The notes under the pieces were generated by a model. The model made no database searches. It was not told where the DNA came from and saw only the letters and a program-made list of their open reading frames with translations. Positions 32,195 through 42,674 of a DNA stretch of 64,000 bases are shown here, in pieces. A program made the position numbers and the translations under genes. The DNA is from Pricia sp. (GTDB taxonomy: Bacteria > Bacteroidota > Bacteroidia > Flavobacteriales > Flavobacteriaceae). Numbering within the stretch: position 1 is the first letter of the stretch; the number at the start of each line of letters is the position of its first letter. Where the stretch lies: the NCBI RefSeq assembly GCF_041745955.1, contig NZ_JBGTHY010000538.1:148-64147 (forward strand). The letters run 5' to 3'.

Positions 32195-33499
32195 TTATTC
32201 GTCGAGCGAGGCCAAATCTTCTGCCCCCACCGCTTCTTCGACCGGCTTTTCAGGATACACCATACAATCGAGTTGGTCTTTGATCGGCGTTATATAGGTG
32301 AGATAATCGGGCTGTAAGGTCTCGGCCAGAGGTTCGGCCTTCGGAAGCTCTTCCTTTAACGGATCGACCTGTCTGCCATGTCTCCAAAACCGGTAACAAA
32401 CGTGGGGACCGCTGGTATTGCCTGTCATACCCACCCATCCGATAACGTCGCCCTGTCTTACGTATTCGCCTTTTTTCACCTTCTGCTTTTTCATATGCAG
32501 GTACTGGGTGGAATAGGTGCCGTTGTGACGGATCTTTACATATTTACCATTGCCTCCCTTGCGGGTCGATTCGGTTACGGTACCATCAGCTGTCGCCATA
32601 ATCGGGGTGCCTACAGGTGCAGCGTAATCTGTGCCCATGTGCGGTCTTACGCGGTTCCCGTAATAACGTATCCTTCGTTTTAGATTATATCTTGAAGATA
32701 ACCTTCCGAACTCAACGGGCATTCTTAAGAACGTCCTTCTCAGGTTGTTGGCATTTTCGTCAAAATAATCCACAATACTTTTGAGTGAATCATTTTCATA
32801 GGCGAACGCATAAATCGGTTTTCCGTTATGTTCGAAATAAGCCGCTTCTACAGGTTCGGAACCCGCATAGATGGAATCGTTAATAAATTTTTCCTTGTAC
32901 AGCACCTTAAATTTGTCCCCTTTTTGAAGTCTTGAAAAATCTATGGTCCAAGCATAGACACTGGCCAAATTATGGGTCACCATATAATCTATTCCCTGCT
33001 GCAACAATGCATCCGATAAGCTTGTTTCTATAACACCGGAAAGTTCTTTCTCTACAAATTTTACTTTTTTTCGTTCTTTGTAAGCCCTTACACTATCCCG
33101 TAAATCTACCACCGTATAATTTATTGCGTCGTTCTCATAAATAAAGATCTGTGCGCCCTGTGTGGTGTCTTTTGATTTAAGGATGAGATAGGGATTGCCC
33201 ACCCGTATTTTTCGTACATCGAAAGTATCTCGGTATTCGTGTGAAATTTTGTAGATTTTCGGATAGTCCACTTTGTGCTGTAACATCAGCTCCCCGAAGC
33301 TATCCCCTCTTCTGACCGTGTCTTGCTGCACCGTGAATTCATCGAGGTCGAACCCAAATTGTTTGACTACAGGCTTTTTTATGGGCACAATGGCAGCGAC
33401 TTCCTTTTTTGATTCCAACAAGCCCGGCCTGGCCTCTTTATGCTCCTTGCAGGAAAAAGATAGCGCCAGTATTAAAATTATGCCCCAGTATTTTTGCAT
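32195..33499 (-). CDS. M23 peptidoglycan DD-endopeptidase
   Basis: HMGTD, YLH and GPHVCY motifs. Confidence 0.9.
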   Translation of the reverse strand: MQKYWGIILILALSFSCKEHKEARPGLLESKKEVAAIVPIKKPVVKQFGFDLDEFTVQQDTVRRGDSFGELMLQHKVDYPKIYKISHEYRDTFDVRKIRVGNPYLILKSKDTTQGAQIFIYENDAINYTVVDLRDSVRAYKERKKVKFVEKELSGVIETSLSDALLQQGIDYMVTHNLASVYAWTIDFSRLQKGDKFKVLYKEKFINDSIYAGSEPVEAAYFEHNGKPIYAFAYENDSLKSIVDYFDENANNLRRTFLRMPVEFGRLSSRYNLKRRIRYYGNRVRPHMGTDYAAPVGTPIMATADGTVTESTRKGGNGKYVKIRHNGTYSTQYLHMKKQKVKKGEYVRQGDVIGWVGMTGNTSGPHVCYRFWRHGRQVDPLKEELPKAEPLAETLQPDYLTYITPIKDQLDCMVYPEKPVEEAVGAEDLASLDE

Positions 33500-33508
33500 T
33501 GTAACTCC

Positions 33509-34471
33509 TTATTTTTTATTAGGATTAAAGATATGGTCTATCCACTGCTTTCCCCAATCATTTAACTCTTGTTTAGAATATATCTCCGGAAAAAATACGA
33601 TTTTTTGGAAATCGGGCGGGAGGAATTCCTTCCAATTTGTACCCCCTGTAGCCTCTATTTCGCCCTTGTCGTTGGCCAGATGTCGGTGGGCGGCGCCCAT
33701 ATGCATCAAGGGCCAATTGATGTTCGCATTGGCATCCAATATCTTTAACGCTTCGATGAGCGCTTTATTATCCTTTTTCTCCGGGGGAAGGCCCAAATAT
33801 TTGTGATAGATCGTATTGTTGTGCACCTGTTTTGAAATACGTATCAACCTTGGGGTATACCGGTATTCGAACTGTTTTAACGTAAGGGTTTTTTCTCCCG
33901 TAGCCAAATCCGTGGCTCCTTTTTTCCAATAAATAGCTTCGTAAAGCTCTTCAATGCTATTTTTTGGGGAAAATTGGTCCCGTTTACTGTGGTGCACCAA
34001 GTTTTCCAACGGCGTAGCATAGATTTCGATCATACGGAACTGGGCGGACTGAAAGCCGCTGGCCGGAAGCAGTGCCATTCGGTATTGCAGAAACTGCTCG
34101 CGCTCCATCCCTTTGATCATAATCCCAAAGGAAGATATCATGGCTTCGTAATAGCTATTGATACGTTTTGCCTTTTGGATAAAAAAATCGAGATTCTGCG
34201 AACGGTCGTCGACGAGTTGTTTCTCTTCGTGAAGGATAAGCTTAAAGTACAGCTCGGTAATCTGGTGGTACATGATGAAGATTTCCTCATCGGGAAAATA
34301 GGTGCGCGGCTGCTGTAGGCTCAAGAGGGTGTCGAGGTTGATATAATCCCAATAGGTAAGATAGCGTTGGTATAGTAATCCATCGAGATAGGAGCTAAGA
34401 TCTTGGCCCGAGTCTTTGTATTTGTCCTCAAGTCTTAGAATCTGCCCGTCGATTCGCTCTTTATCCTTCAT
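33509..34471 (-). CDS. Tryptophan 2,3-dioxygenase family
   Basis: FIMYHQITELYFK, PASGFQSAQFR and TGGT motifs. Confidence 0.88.
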   Translation of the reverse strand: MKDKERIDGQILRLEDKYKDSGQDLSSYLDGLLYQRYLTYWDYINLDTLLSLQQPRTYFPDEEIFIMYHQITELYFKLILHEEKQLVDDRSQNLDFFIQKAKRINSYYEAMISSFGIMIKGMEREQFLQYRMALLPASGFQSAQFRMIEIYATPLENLVHHSKRDQFSPKNSIEELYEAIYWKKGATDLATGEKTLTLKQFEYRYTPRLIRISKQVHNNTIYHKYLGLPPEKKDNKALIEALKILDANANINWPLMHMGAAHRHLANDKGEIEATGGTNWKEFLPPDFQKIVFFPEIYSKQELNDWGKQWIDHIFNPNKK

Positions 34472-34612
34472 TATATAGCATCAAGGCACAAATTTAATGG
34501 AAACGAAACTTTTTGCCAAGGTCAGTTTAGGAAATAGGATGACTTTGTTCACAACCTCAACCTCATGTCACAATGTAAGTGTGGATAATGTAAGGCTTTC
34601 AATAGGATTATT

Positions 34613-35464
34613 TCAATCCATTATTATCTTGAACTGGTTTTTGAGTCCGTTGTAGGCCTCAAGATCTACCTTGATCGAACCCACCGCCAAATCGGCCTGT
34701 ATTCTTACAGGGATGCGATTGTCATCGGTAGAAACCCATAACGCGAGGCTTTCTTGCTCTTTAAATATCCTGCCGGACTGTACCAAAGGCCTAAATTTGT
34801 AACATTCGACCTTACCGAACTTGGTCCTTAATACTTCGGTTCCCAAATATTTAAGCTTAAAGTCGAAAATGCCGTCATCGTCAAATAACATCTTTAATTT
34901 GACCGCCTCGCCCTCTATCAAATCTTTAGGGTCATAGTTGTTTCTCAAATAATAAAAGGCGGACAGAAGATCTTGAATGCTATCCTGCAGATCAAAACTA
35001 TAGGTTTTTTTGTTCTTTTTATCCTTCAGTACCGCAGTATCCTTTTTATGGTCAAAATGTATTTCGTAATCCTTGATGTATCCGCCCTCATCAATTTTAC
35101 GGACAAACTTATAGGGTTTCATGTCTTCCATCCCAAAATAGCTTTCATACGTATCGTCTACTTTAAAGAACATACTTGCAAAGCCTGTGGTCGCGCCCTT
35201 TCCGACCACATGATAGACCGGCACACCATTAATGGTATTTGATTTTACATGTAAGGTAGCGTAGCTGGCATTCAACAGCCCGTAATGCATACGGAATTTG
35301 AGCCACTCGCCCGGTTGAAAAGTCGATTCCTTTTTTGGGTGTTTCCTGTTTTTGCTATTGGATGTATTTTCCCCAGAACTTGACGCAAGGTCACCGGAAT
35401 CGCTCTGCTGCGCATTGGTCAGCAATCCGAGCGATAAAAAGAACAGCATCAGAACATTCCTCAT
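34613..35464 (-). CDS. DUF3108 family protein
   Basis: FQPGEWLKFRMHYG...WVSTDDNRIPV. Confidence 0.85.
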   Translation of the reverse strand: MRNVLMLFFLSLGLLTNAQQSDSGDLASSSGENTSNSKNRKHPKKESTFQPGEWLKFRMHYGLLNASYATLHVKSNTINGVPVYHVVGKGATTGFASMFFKVDDTYESYFGMEDMKPYKFVRKIDEGGYIKDYEIHFDHKKDTAVLKDKKNKKTYSFDLQDSIQDLLSAFYYLRNNYDPKDLIEGEAVKLKMLFDDDGIFDFKLKYLGTEVLRTKFGKVECYKFRPLVQSGRIFKEQESLALWVSTDDNRIPVRIQADLAVGSIKVDLEAYNGLKNQFKIIMD

Positions 35465-35625
35465 AGCTTTCAATTTAAAATAAAATTACAAAATGCTTCC
35501 CCAAACAATTGTTTAGTAGCTACTACTTAAACAAAATTTATTCCAAAGTATTGTCTGCTTTTCAAGATTTACTTTAATCAAGGGACATTCCCCTGCGTTG
35601 GCGTGATCGAGACGTCGGATCGACC

Positions 35626-35731
35626 AAAAAAAAGCCCTGACAAAATTGCCAGGGCTTTTCCTAAATAACCAACCAAACTTTAAATTATGAAAAACCAATA
35701 CTTAAAGTTGTAAGGGAACCACCCCTTACAC
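35626..35731 (-). ncRNA. Candidate small RNA A
   Basis: TATATTTG promoter (35735-35742), 5' 8-bp hairpin, four UGGUU motifs, terminator AAAAGCCCUG...CAGGGCUUUUUUUU. Confidence 0.7.
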
Positions 35732-35905
35732 TGACAAATATACGCCTCATTTTCAGAAGGAAAATCGTTTTAACTTACTTTAACTCGTGCCTTAACAAAT
35801 TTTTAGGCATGGATAAGGAAAACAGGATAGAAAATAGGGATGGGACCAGTGGATATGATGCCCTTTGGATTTGATTCCAGAAAAAAGTAGAATTGCGTTC
35901 GATAT

Positions 35906-36709
35906 TTATGTTCGGACCTTAATATCGTTGTAGGCCGCCTCAATCAGTTCTGCCCCATATTGTCGTTCCAATCTGCGGATGCCGAAATGTGCCTGTGCCA
36001 TATTCTGGAAATGCCGGATGAACGCCAGGTTAATCGCTCCGCCCCCTACCGCCCCGACCACGGGCACCGCCTGTACCACGAATTTTTCGGAAACCTGAAT
36101 ACTAAACCGGGAAGCCACCACGGCAAGCAGTCGTAGCATCGGTTGGGAAGCCCCGACCAAAAGGCCTTCCACCAATTTGCTCGTAGAACCCTTCACGGCG
36201 GCGTTCAGGGCAAGGCGGCTAGCGAAATATCCCGTATCCAAGCTGTCGTCGTGTTTGGTCTTTCCGCCCAGGGCAAACACCTGTAGACATGCGAGTTGGG
36301 TGTCGAGGGTATTCAAATCTTCGCCCTCGCTACGGGCGATATCCATAATCGAGCGCATCATCAATTTGGTGGTAAGGCCGAGATCAATGGCAAAGGCAAT
36401 GGCCCCGAAAGCGCCGCCGAGAATTCCCGATGAGGTTACCATGGCCTTATATGCGTTGTTGAGCGGCGATGTTTCAACCTTATCCCATTTCATCGAGAGC
36501 AGATTGGTTTCCACTACTTTTTGTAATACCTTGAAACTGATCTGCTGAAGCCACTTTTGCTGCTTTTCCGGCAATAGTTTTACCCGGCCATCGATAAAAC
36601 TTCCCATTTTGTTCAGGCCTTCCATGGCCCAACCGATGTCTTCCATTTTTTGTTTGGCGGTGCGGAGGGTCAAATGGTCTTTGGGGTCGAGGGTTTTCTT
36701 TGAGGTCAT
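35906..36709 (-). CDS. EcsC family protein
   Basis: MMRSIMDIARSEGED...ACLQVFALGG...QAVPVVGAVGG. Confidence 0.85.
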   Translation of the reverse strand: MTSKKTLDPKDHLTLRTAKQKMEDIGWAMEGLNKMGSFIDGRVKLLPEKQQKWLQQISFKVLQKVVETNLLSMKWDKVETSPLNNAYKAMVTSSGILGGAFGAIAFAIDLGLTTKLMMRSIMDIARSEGEDLNTLDTQLACLQVFALGGKTKHDDSLDTGYFASRLALNAAVKGSTSKLVEGLLVGASQPMLRLLAVVASRFSIQVSEKFVVQAVPVVGAVGGGAINLAFIRHFQNMAQAHFGIRRLERQYGAELIEAAYNDIKVRT

Positions 36710-36982
36710 ATAATACATCTTGAGGTTGAAGAAGTGTTGGATCGAATAGCACAAAAATATAGTAGTTTTCCGAGGTTTTATATGCTCGATCGAAATGTTT
36801 TACCATTTCTGGGTATGTGATAGTTCAATCAACCTTTCATCTAAAAGTGGCTTTATAACTGTTACCTTTTTTCAGTAGTCGCCATTAGTAATTGCAGATC
36901 AGATAATTTATGGATACCTCCAATAGAAACACAACCCCCTTTTGATTATATTTGATGCTCCCTGAACTTAGAGCATACCTAT

Positions 36983-37660
36983 ATGAAACCTGAACAGATT
37001 TTCATTTTCGTAATGTTGCTGTGTGATACAAGTATACATGCCCAAACATTTTACAAGATCGAAAATGATGTGGTCGACGAAAGCACCCTAAACGAGGGAC
37101 TTGACTTGATGGCACAGGAGTATAGCCAACAGATCGTTACGTATAAAACCTTCGAAAGGGTGCAGGCCCAAGATTCGGTTATCGAGAACATTTCTATTGT
37201 GGTACTTGATGAAGAGGATGATGATCGGGTATACCGCGTCTTTGACTTTTTGGGAAAGCCGTTACCGGGATTTAGTTTTGAGGATGATAGGGGAATGGCG
37301 GTTACCAATACTGATTTTCTGGGAAAATATACAGTGTTGGGCCTTTATAAAGAACCCGGGCAGCTGCGGAATTCCTATATTAAAGCTATGAACGACCTCA
37401 TAGAAACCGGACGGTATAATGCCGTAGCGCTTATTGCCAAGAACGGGGCGAAGAAAATCACACGCAAAGCGGATTTCCCCATCTTAAACGAGTGTATCGG
37501 GTGGTATATCGAGAACCTTTCCATTCCCGAATCCCCCAAATTTCTAGTGCTTGACGAAAAAGGGAAGCTCCGGTTTATCTTTCAGGATTTTCCCGATAAA
37601 AGAAGTACCAATCAACCCATCGATTCGAGGATAATGGCGATTTTCGATATTTTGAAGTAG
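36983..37660 (+). CDS. Secreted thioredoxin-fold-like protein lacking CxxC
   Basis: LGKPLPGFSF...FLGKYTVL...PKFLVLDEKGKLRF. Confidence 0.55.
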   Translation: MKPEQIFIFVMLLCDTSIHAQTFYKIENDVVDESTLNEGLDLMAQEYSQQIVTYKTFERVQAQDSVIENISIVVLDEEDDDRVYRVFDFLGKPLPGFSFEDDRGMAVTNTDFLGKYTVLGLYKEPGQLRNSYIKAMNDLIETGRYNAVALIAKNGAKKITRKADFPILNECIGWYIENLSIPESPKFLVLDEKGKLRFIFQDFPDKRSTNQPIDSRIMAIFDILK

Positions 37661-37734
37661 TCCTTGGGAGTTAATCGGTATCGGTTAACAGGTATTGGCT
37701 AACTTTGAACCTTTAACCTGTAACTCGAAGCCTT

Positions 37735-38277
37735 TTGTACGACTACGTCAAAGCCCTGCACCTGATTTTTGTGATTACCTGGTTCGCAGGGCTGTTCTAC
37801 ATTCCACGTCTTTTTATCTACCATATCGAGGCATCCCAAAAAACATCCCCCGAAAAGGAAATACTGACCGAACAATTGCAATTGATGGCCAAACGCCTGT
37901 GGCATATCATCACTTGGCCTTCCGCTATTTTAGCGACCCTCTTTGGGGTCTGGCTACTGATTCTCATGCCGGGTTGGCTTCAACAACCGTGGATGCACGT
38001 TAAACTAGGCTTTGTTGTGCTTTTGATGGTCTACCACCTTAAAAACCATCAAATTTTCAAGCAATTGCAGCGCAACGAAGTCAAATATACATCGAACTTT
38101 ATGCGTATCTGGAACGAAGGTGCAACCCTTATTCTCTTTGCCATTGTATTTCTGGTCATCCTTAAAAATGCTTTCAATTGGATTTTTGGGGTGGTCGGTA
38201 TCGTAGTGTTGGGGATTCTTTTGGTGCTTGGGATCAAGCTTTACAAACGGATTAGGAAGAGGAATCCGAATGCCTGA
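37735..38277 (+). CDS. hemJ: Protoporphyrinogen oxidase HemJ (CopD family)
   Basis: KALHLIFVITWFAGLFYIPRLF, WMHVKL and RIWNE motifs. Confidence 0.9.
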   Translation: MYDYVKALHLIFVITWFAGLFYIPRLFIYHIEASQKTSPEKEILTEQLQLMAKRLWHIITWPSAILATLFGVWLLILMPGWLQQPWMHVKLGFVVLLMVYHLKNHQIFKQLQRNEVKYTSNFMRIWNEGATLILFAIVFLVILKNAFNWIFGVVGIVVLGILLVLGIKLYKRIRKRNPNA

Positions 38278-38332
38278 CCCTTGCACTTTTTTTGGTTCAA
38301 TATTTGCTAACTTAGTAACAAAATCCAACCCC

Positions 38333-39790
38333 TTGTTCACAAAACTTTCCCTAAGATCGCGCATATTCGTGTCCATGATCCTGTTGGTGGTCATCTCTTC
38401 GGTACTGATTGCGGGGGTTGCCATATTTCAGTCCCGCGAACAGGTACGGGACTATCACCAAGAGCGATTGGAGCGTAAGGAAGAGCAGGTGCGGCAAAGT
38501 GTCGAATATGCCCTACAAGGCACTACATACCCAGTTACAACCGAAAATTTAGGGTTGATTTTCTATGAGCAGATCTATCAGATCGCCAACGTTCAAAACC
38601 AACGGTTGAACATCTATGATCTTGAGGGACAGCTAATCAAAAGTTCAAGGGCCAAGTTCGAAACCGATTCGATTTCCAATTGTTTGGATTATCACATTCT
38701 CAAAAGATTGGAGGCCAGCCCTGACAACCGTTATGTGGAAGAAAAAGCCCTGGCCGGCGATAACTATCGCGCATCCTATACCTACATCAAGGACAGAAGG
38801 TTTAAACCTATCGGTATATTAAATTTACCCTACTACGAAGACGATTCGTTCAACAACATGGAACTGCGAGAGCTGCTAATGCGCCTGGCCGCTGTGTACT
38901 TTTTGATGTTATTGGTCGCCATCGGATTGGCCTATTTTATATCGACCTACATCACCCGTTCGTTACAGACCATATCGGACAGGCTCGATCAGACCGATCT
39001 AACCAAAAGCAATCAGAAGATAATGATTGAGAACCCCAGTGAAGAAATAAAAAAATTGGTCGATTCATACAATGCCATGATCGACGAGCTTGAACATAGT
39101 GCTGTCAAATTGGCCCGAAGCGAACGCGAACAGGCATGGCGCGAAATGGCAAAACAGGTGGCCCATGAAATCAAGAACCCGTTGACACCCATGCGGTTGA
39201 GCGTACAGAGCTTTGAACATAAATTCGACCCGAAAGATCCGGATATCCAAAAAAAGGTGGCCGAGTATTCCAAGACCCTGATCCAACAAATCGACACCAT
39301 GAGCAGTATCGCCTCCGCCTTTTCAAATTTTGCCGAAATGCCCGCACAACAGAACGAAACCCTTGATGTGGTGCATGTCGTTAAGCTTGCACTTGATATT
39401 TTCAATGAAGAATACATCCACTTTATCTCCGAGGAAGAAGAACTTATCGCCACGTTAGATCGCACCCAGCTGATCCGCGTGGTGACGAATTTGGTGAAAA
39501 ATGCCATTCAAGCCCTGCCAGAGGTAGAATCACCGCGTATTTTGGTATCCGTTGCCGCCGATGGCGATTTTATCAAAATCTGCGTGGCGGACAACGGCAT
39601 CGGTATCGAAGAAGGGTATAGGGAGAAGATCTTCGAGCCCAAGTTCACCACCAAATCGAGTGGTATGGGCCTTGGCCTGGGCATGGTGAAGACCATTGTA
39701 GAAACCTATAAGGGCAGTATCGATTTCACTTCTAAACTTGGTAAAGGCACGGTGTTTACGGTGCGGTTTCCAAAAGTATGTGCCCCATGA
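38333..39790 (+). CDS. Membrane sensor histidine kinase (NtrY-like, HAMP)
   Basis: [19 protein letters not shown]; FTTK GMGLGL; start position uncertain. Confidence 0.9.
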   Translation: MFTKLSLRSRIFVSMILLVVISSVLIAGVAIFQSREQVRDYHQERLERKEEQVRQSVEYALQGTTYPVTTENLGLIFYEQIYQIANVQNQRLNIYDLEGQLIKSSRAKFETDSISNCLDYHILKRLEASPDNRYVEEKALAGDNYRASYTYIKDRRFKPIGILNLPYYEDDSFNNMELRELLMRLAAVYFLMLLVAIGLAYFISTYITRSLQTISDRLDQTDLTKSNQKIMIENPSEEIKKLVDSYNAMIDELEHSAVKLARSEREQAWREMAKQVAHEIKNPLTPMRLSVQSFEHKFDPKDPDIQKKVAEYSKTLIQQIDTMSSIASAFSNFAEMPAQQNETLDVVHVVKLALDIFNEEYIHFISEEEELIATLDRTQLIRVVTNLVKNAIQALPEVESPRILVSVAADGDFIKICVADNGIGIEEGYREKIFEPKFTTKSSGMGLGLGMVKTIVETYKGSIDFTSKLGKGTVFTVRFPKVCAP

Positions 39791-39878
39791 TTCCGATTTA
39801 CAATGTTCTTTATGACGTAAACGACTACAATTTTTCGACTTGAACCGAAAAAATAATAGGATTGTTTCTGGCTGGGAA

Positions 39879-39987
39879 TGAACTACCTTGATGCAAACCT
39901 CCGGGGTATGAAATTCCAAAAAAAGCAATTTCCAAGAAATATAAAATACGATGCAAGCATCCGGAAATTAAACCCTTAGAGATTAAA
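39879..39987 (+). mobile_element. ~110-bp MITE/REP-like element, copy 1
   Basis: Aligns by eye with 49598-49712 (TGAACT.CCT.GATG...AAATTCCAAAAAAAGCAA...ATGCAAGCAT...ATTA.ACCC.TAG). Confidence 0.65.
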
Positions 39988-40058
39988 TTTTGGAATTTTA
40001 GGTCTAAAGTAAGATTGTCAAATAAAAAATGAGTGAATAATACATAACCCGATATCAT

Positions 40059-40838
40059 ATGAACTATAGCAACATCGTAGTAACAGAAAACGAATCAATC
40101 GCCACCATAACCATCGACCGCCCCAACAAACTCAACGCCTTGAACCGTGATACGATCCAAGAATTGCACAAGGCATTCAAGCGGCTTGAATCCGAAAAAG
40201 AAATCAACGTCATCATTTTGACCGGCAGTGGCGAAAAAGCCTTTGTGGCCGGGGCAGATATCTCCGAATTTGCGGATTTTACAGAGAAAGAAGGGGGCAA
40301 ACTTGCGGCAAAAGGACAAAAACTATTGTTCGATTTCGTAGAGAACCTATCCAAACCGGTAATCGCCGCCATCAACGGTTTTGCCTTGGGCGGTGGACTG
40401 GAACTGGCCATGGCCTGCCATTTTCGGATAGCCAGTGACAATGCCCGAATGGGGCTCCCAGAGGTATCGCTTGGCGTTATCCCAGGATACGGCGGTACCC
40501 AGCGTTTACCGCAGCTTATCGGCAAGGGAAGGGCGATGGAACTGATCATGTCCGCCGGAATGATCGATGCAGACCGTGCCCAGGATTATGGCTTGGTTAA
40601 CCATGTGGTATCCCAAGAAAATCTGCTGCCCTTCTGTGAAGATCTGGCGGGCAAGATATCGAAAAACTCCCCTGTTGCTATCAGCCATGCAATAAAAGCG
40701 GTAAATGCGGGTTTTAAGAATACCGATGGATACTCCGCTGAGATCAAAGCTTTTGGACAATGTTTTGGTACCGCCGATTTTAAGGAAGGTACTTCAGCAT
40801 TTTTGAACAAGCGCAAGGCCGATTTTCCGGGGAAATAG
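40059..40838 (+). CDS. Enoyl-CoA hydratase/isomerase
   Basis: AFVAGADI, GGGLELA and PEVSLG...GGTQRL motifs. Confidence 0.93.
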   Translation: MNYSNIVVTENESIATITIDRPNKLNALNRDTIQELHKAFKRLESEKEINVIILTGSGEKAFVAGADISEFADFTEKEGGKLAAKGQKLLFDFVENLSKPVIAAINGFALGGGLELAMACHFRIASDNARMGLPEVSLGVIPGYGGTQRLPQLIGKGRAMELIMSAGMIDADRAQDYGLVNHVVSQENLLPFCEDLAGKISKNSPVAISHAIKAVNAGFKNTDGYSAEIKAFGQCFGTADFKEGTSAFLNKRKADFPGK

Positions 40839-40935
40839 CGAACGAAAAATTCAACCAATATGTAAATCCGCCAGCTGACAGATTCTAAATCCCAAATCAG
40901 GATCTTTATAATCGGACGTATTAAAAATCCTACTT

Positions 40936-42486
40936 ATGAAAACTTCCCAGGGTCTTGCCCCCCTATTCCTTTTTACCGCGCTGAACATTTGCACCGCCCA
41001 GGATATCCCCGTAGGATATAGCCTTGGCGAAAATTATTCCGATAGGTATAAATATTCCACCTTGCTCGCCAGTGATAGCTCCGCCGAAGACGAAACCGTT
41101 TTCGTACGCACCTATTACGGAGGGTATCCCTTGAGTCCAAAAGGGTATTTCATAGAAATCTACGATGCCGAGCTCAACTTGGTTCGGGACTATAATTACG
41201 AATATGCCGGAGAGCACATGGTCGACGGTTTTGTGAAAAACGGACAACTTTACCTGCTCGAACTTATCTATAATGTCGGGCAAGAGGCCTATCAGTATGT
41301 GGTACACCAAAGCCCGTTGCATGATTTTAATTTTACGGAACGGGTGCTGCTTTCGATTCCTTCGAAAGAAGTGGGCAGCCCGCTTGCCGTCAGCAAATAC
41401 AACCAGAAATTTGGCAACGGATTTTCAACGGCGGTCCATTTCAACGATGCCCGTTCTGCCTTCGCCATTACCGTACACCACCGCGAGGGTAGGGACGAAA
41501 AATACCATTTGTACCTCTACGGAACGGACTTAAAACAGCAATTGAACCATGATTTTACGGCACGAATTGCCGATAAAAACTATGCCTTCGAGAATATCGA
41601 GGTGTCAAAAGACCTAAAGACACTCTATTTGACGGGAAAGGCCTTCTTTACAAAACGCCGTTTCGAAACCACCGAAAGACGGTTTCAATACGAGCTGGTC
41701 AAAATCAACGCTGCCGGACATCAGATTCAAGAATTCAACGACACCGGCAGATTTCCAGAATCGCTAAAACCCATACTGTCCGACGGGGGCCTTAAGGTCG
41801 TGGGTTTCTATGCCGACCGAAAGGACAACCGCTATAACGGATTGGTCTATTTCGATTTGGATGCCAATTCGCTCAACATCAAGAACAAAAAATACAATCC
41901 GTTTTCAGATCAGTTTATGATAGACAAATTCGGCCGTGAAGTCGATGCGGAACTCAAAAACCTGATTTTTAAGGATATTCATATCACGCCCGAAAACGGT
42001 ATCCTATTCAGTGCCGAAGAGTACTATGTGACCAAGGGAGAAGATATTTCCGGAGGGGGTACCCAGATTACCGACCGCTATCATTACAACGACATCGTAA
42101 CCGCAAAACTGGATGCCTCCGGTGAAATGGAATGGGCACGGAACATCAATAAGTCCGAAGTCACCCAAGGCGATGCTTCCTATGCCTCTTATACCGCCTA
42201 TGGCAGTGGTACCGACATGTATTTCTTCATTAATTCAGGCGAAAATCCGCAGAAAATGAGCAACGAACGTATTATTTTTAAACAGGGCTACAGCCGTAAC
42301 CCGAATATGTTTGTTATCAAGGTCGATGGCAAGGGCGACCTATCCCATAAAAAATTAGTGGATGATAAAGATGTGCGCCTACCCATCATGGTCTCACGGG
42401 CTTTAATCGATAAATCTGCGGATAATCTCCTGTTTTATGCAAAACGAGGGAATAGGAAGCAATTGGTGCGGGTTTCGATGAAGTAG
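40936..42486 (+). CDS. Hypothetical secreted protein
   Basis: 516-aa ORF with a signal peptide; beta-rich sequence. Confidence 0.75.
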   Translation: MKTSQGLAPLFLFTALNICTAQDIPVGYSLGENYSDRYKYSTLLASDSSAEDETVFVRTYYGGYPLSPKGYFIEIYDAELNLVRDYNYEYAGEHMVDGFVKNGQLYLLELIYNVGQEAYQYVVHQSPLHDFNFTERVLLSIPSKEVGSPLAVSKYNQKFGNGFSTAVHFNDARSAFAITVHHREGRDEKYHLYLYGTDLKQQLNHDFTARIADKNYAFENIEVSKDLKTLYLTGKAFFTKRRFETTERRFQYELVKINAAGHQIQEFNDTGRFPESLKPILSDGGLKVVGFYADRKDNRYNGLVYFDLDANSLNIKNKKYNPFSDQFMIDKFGREVDAELKNLIFKDIHITPENGILFSAEEYYVTKGEDISGGGTQITDRYHYNDIVTAKLDASGEMEWARNINKSEVTQGDASYASYTAYGSGTDMYFFINSGENPQKMSNERIIFKQGYSRNPNMFVIKVDGKGDLSHKKLVDDKDVRLPIMVSRALIDKSADNLLFYAKRGNRKQLVRVSMK

Positions 42487-42674
42487 GGACATGAAGGAGG
42501 TTTTAATTCAACATTTCAATCAGCTTCAAGCAACCCTTCCGCCTACGTCGTCTTGTATTCCTCTCAGTCGTGTCTCCCTCGTCGGATGCAAATAAAATAG
42601 GGAGGACAATAAAATTAACTTTTATAAATCAATTATATAGGATTTATTCCATAAATTTGGAATAAATCCATAAA

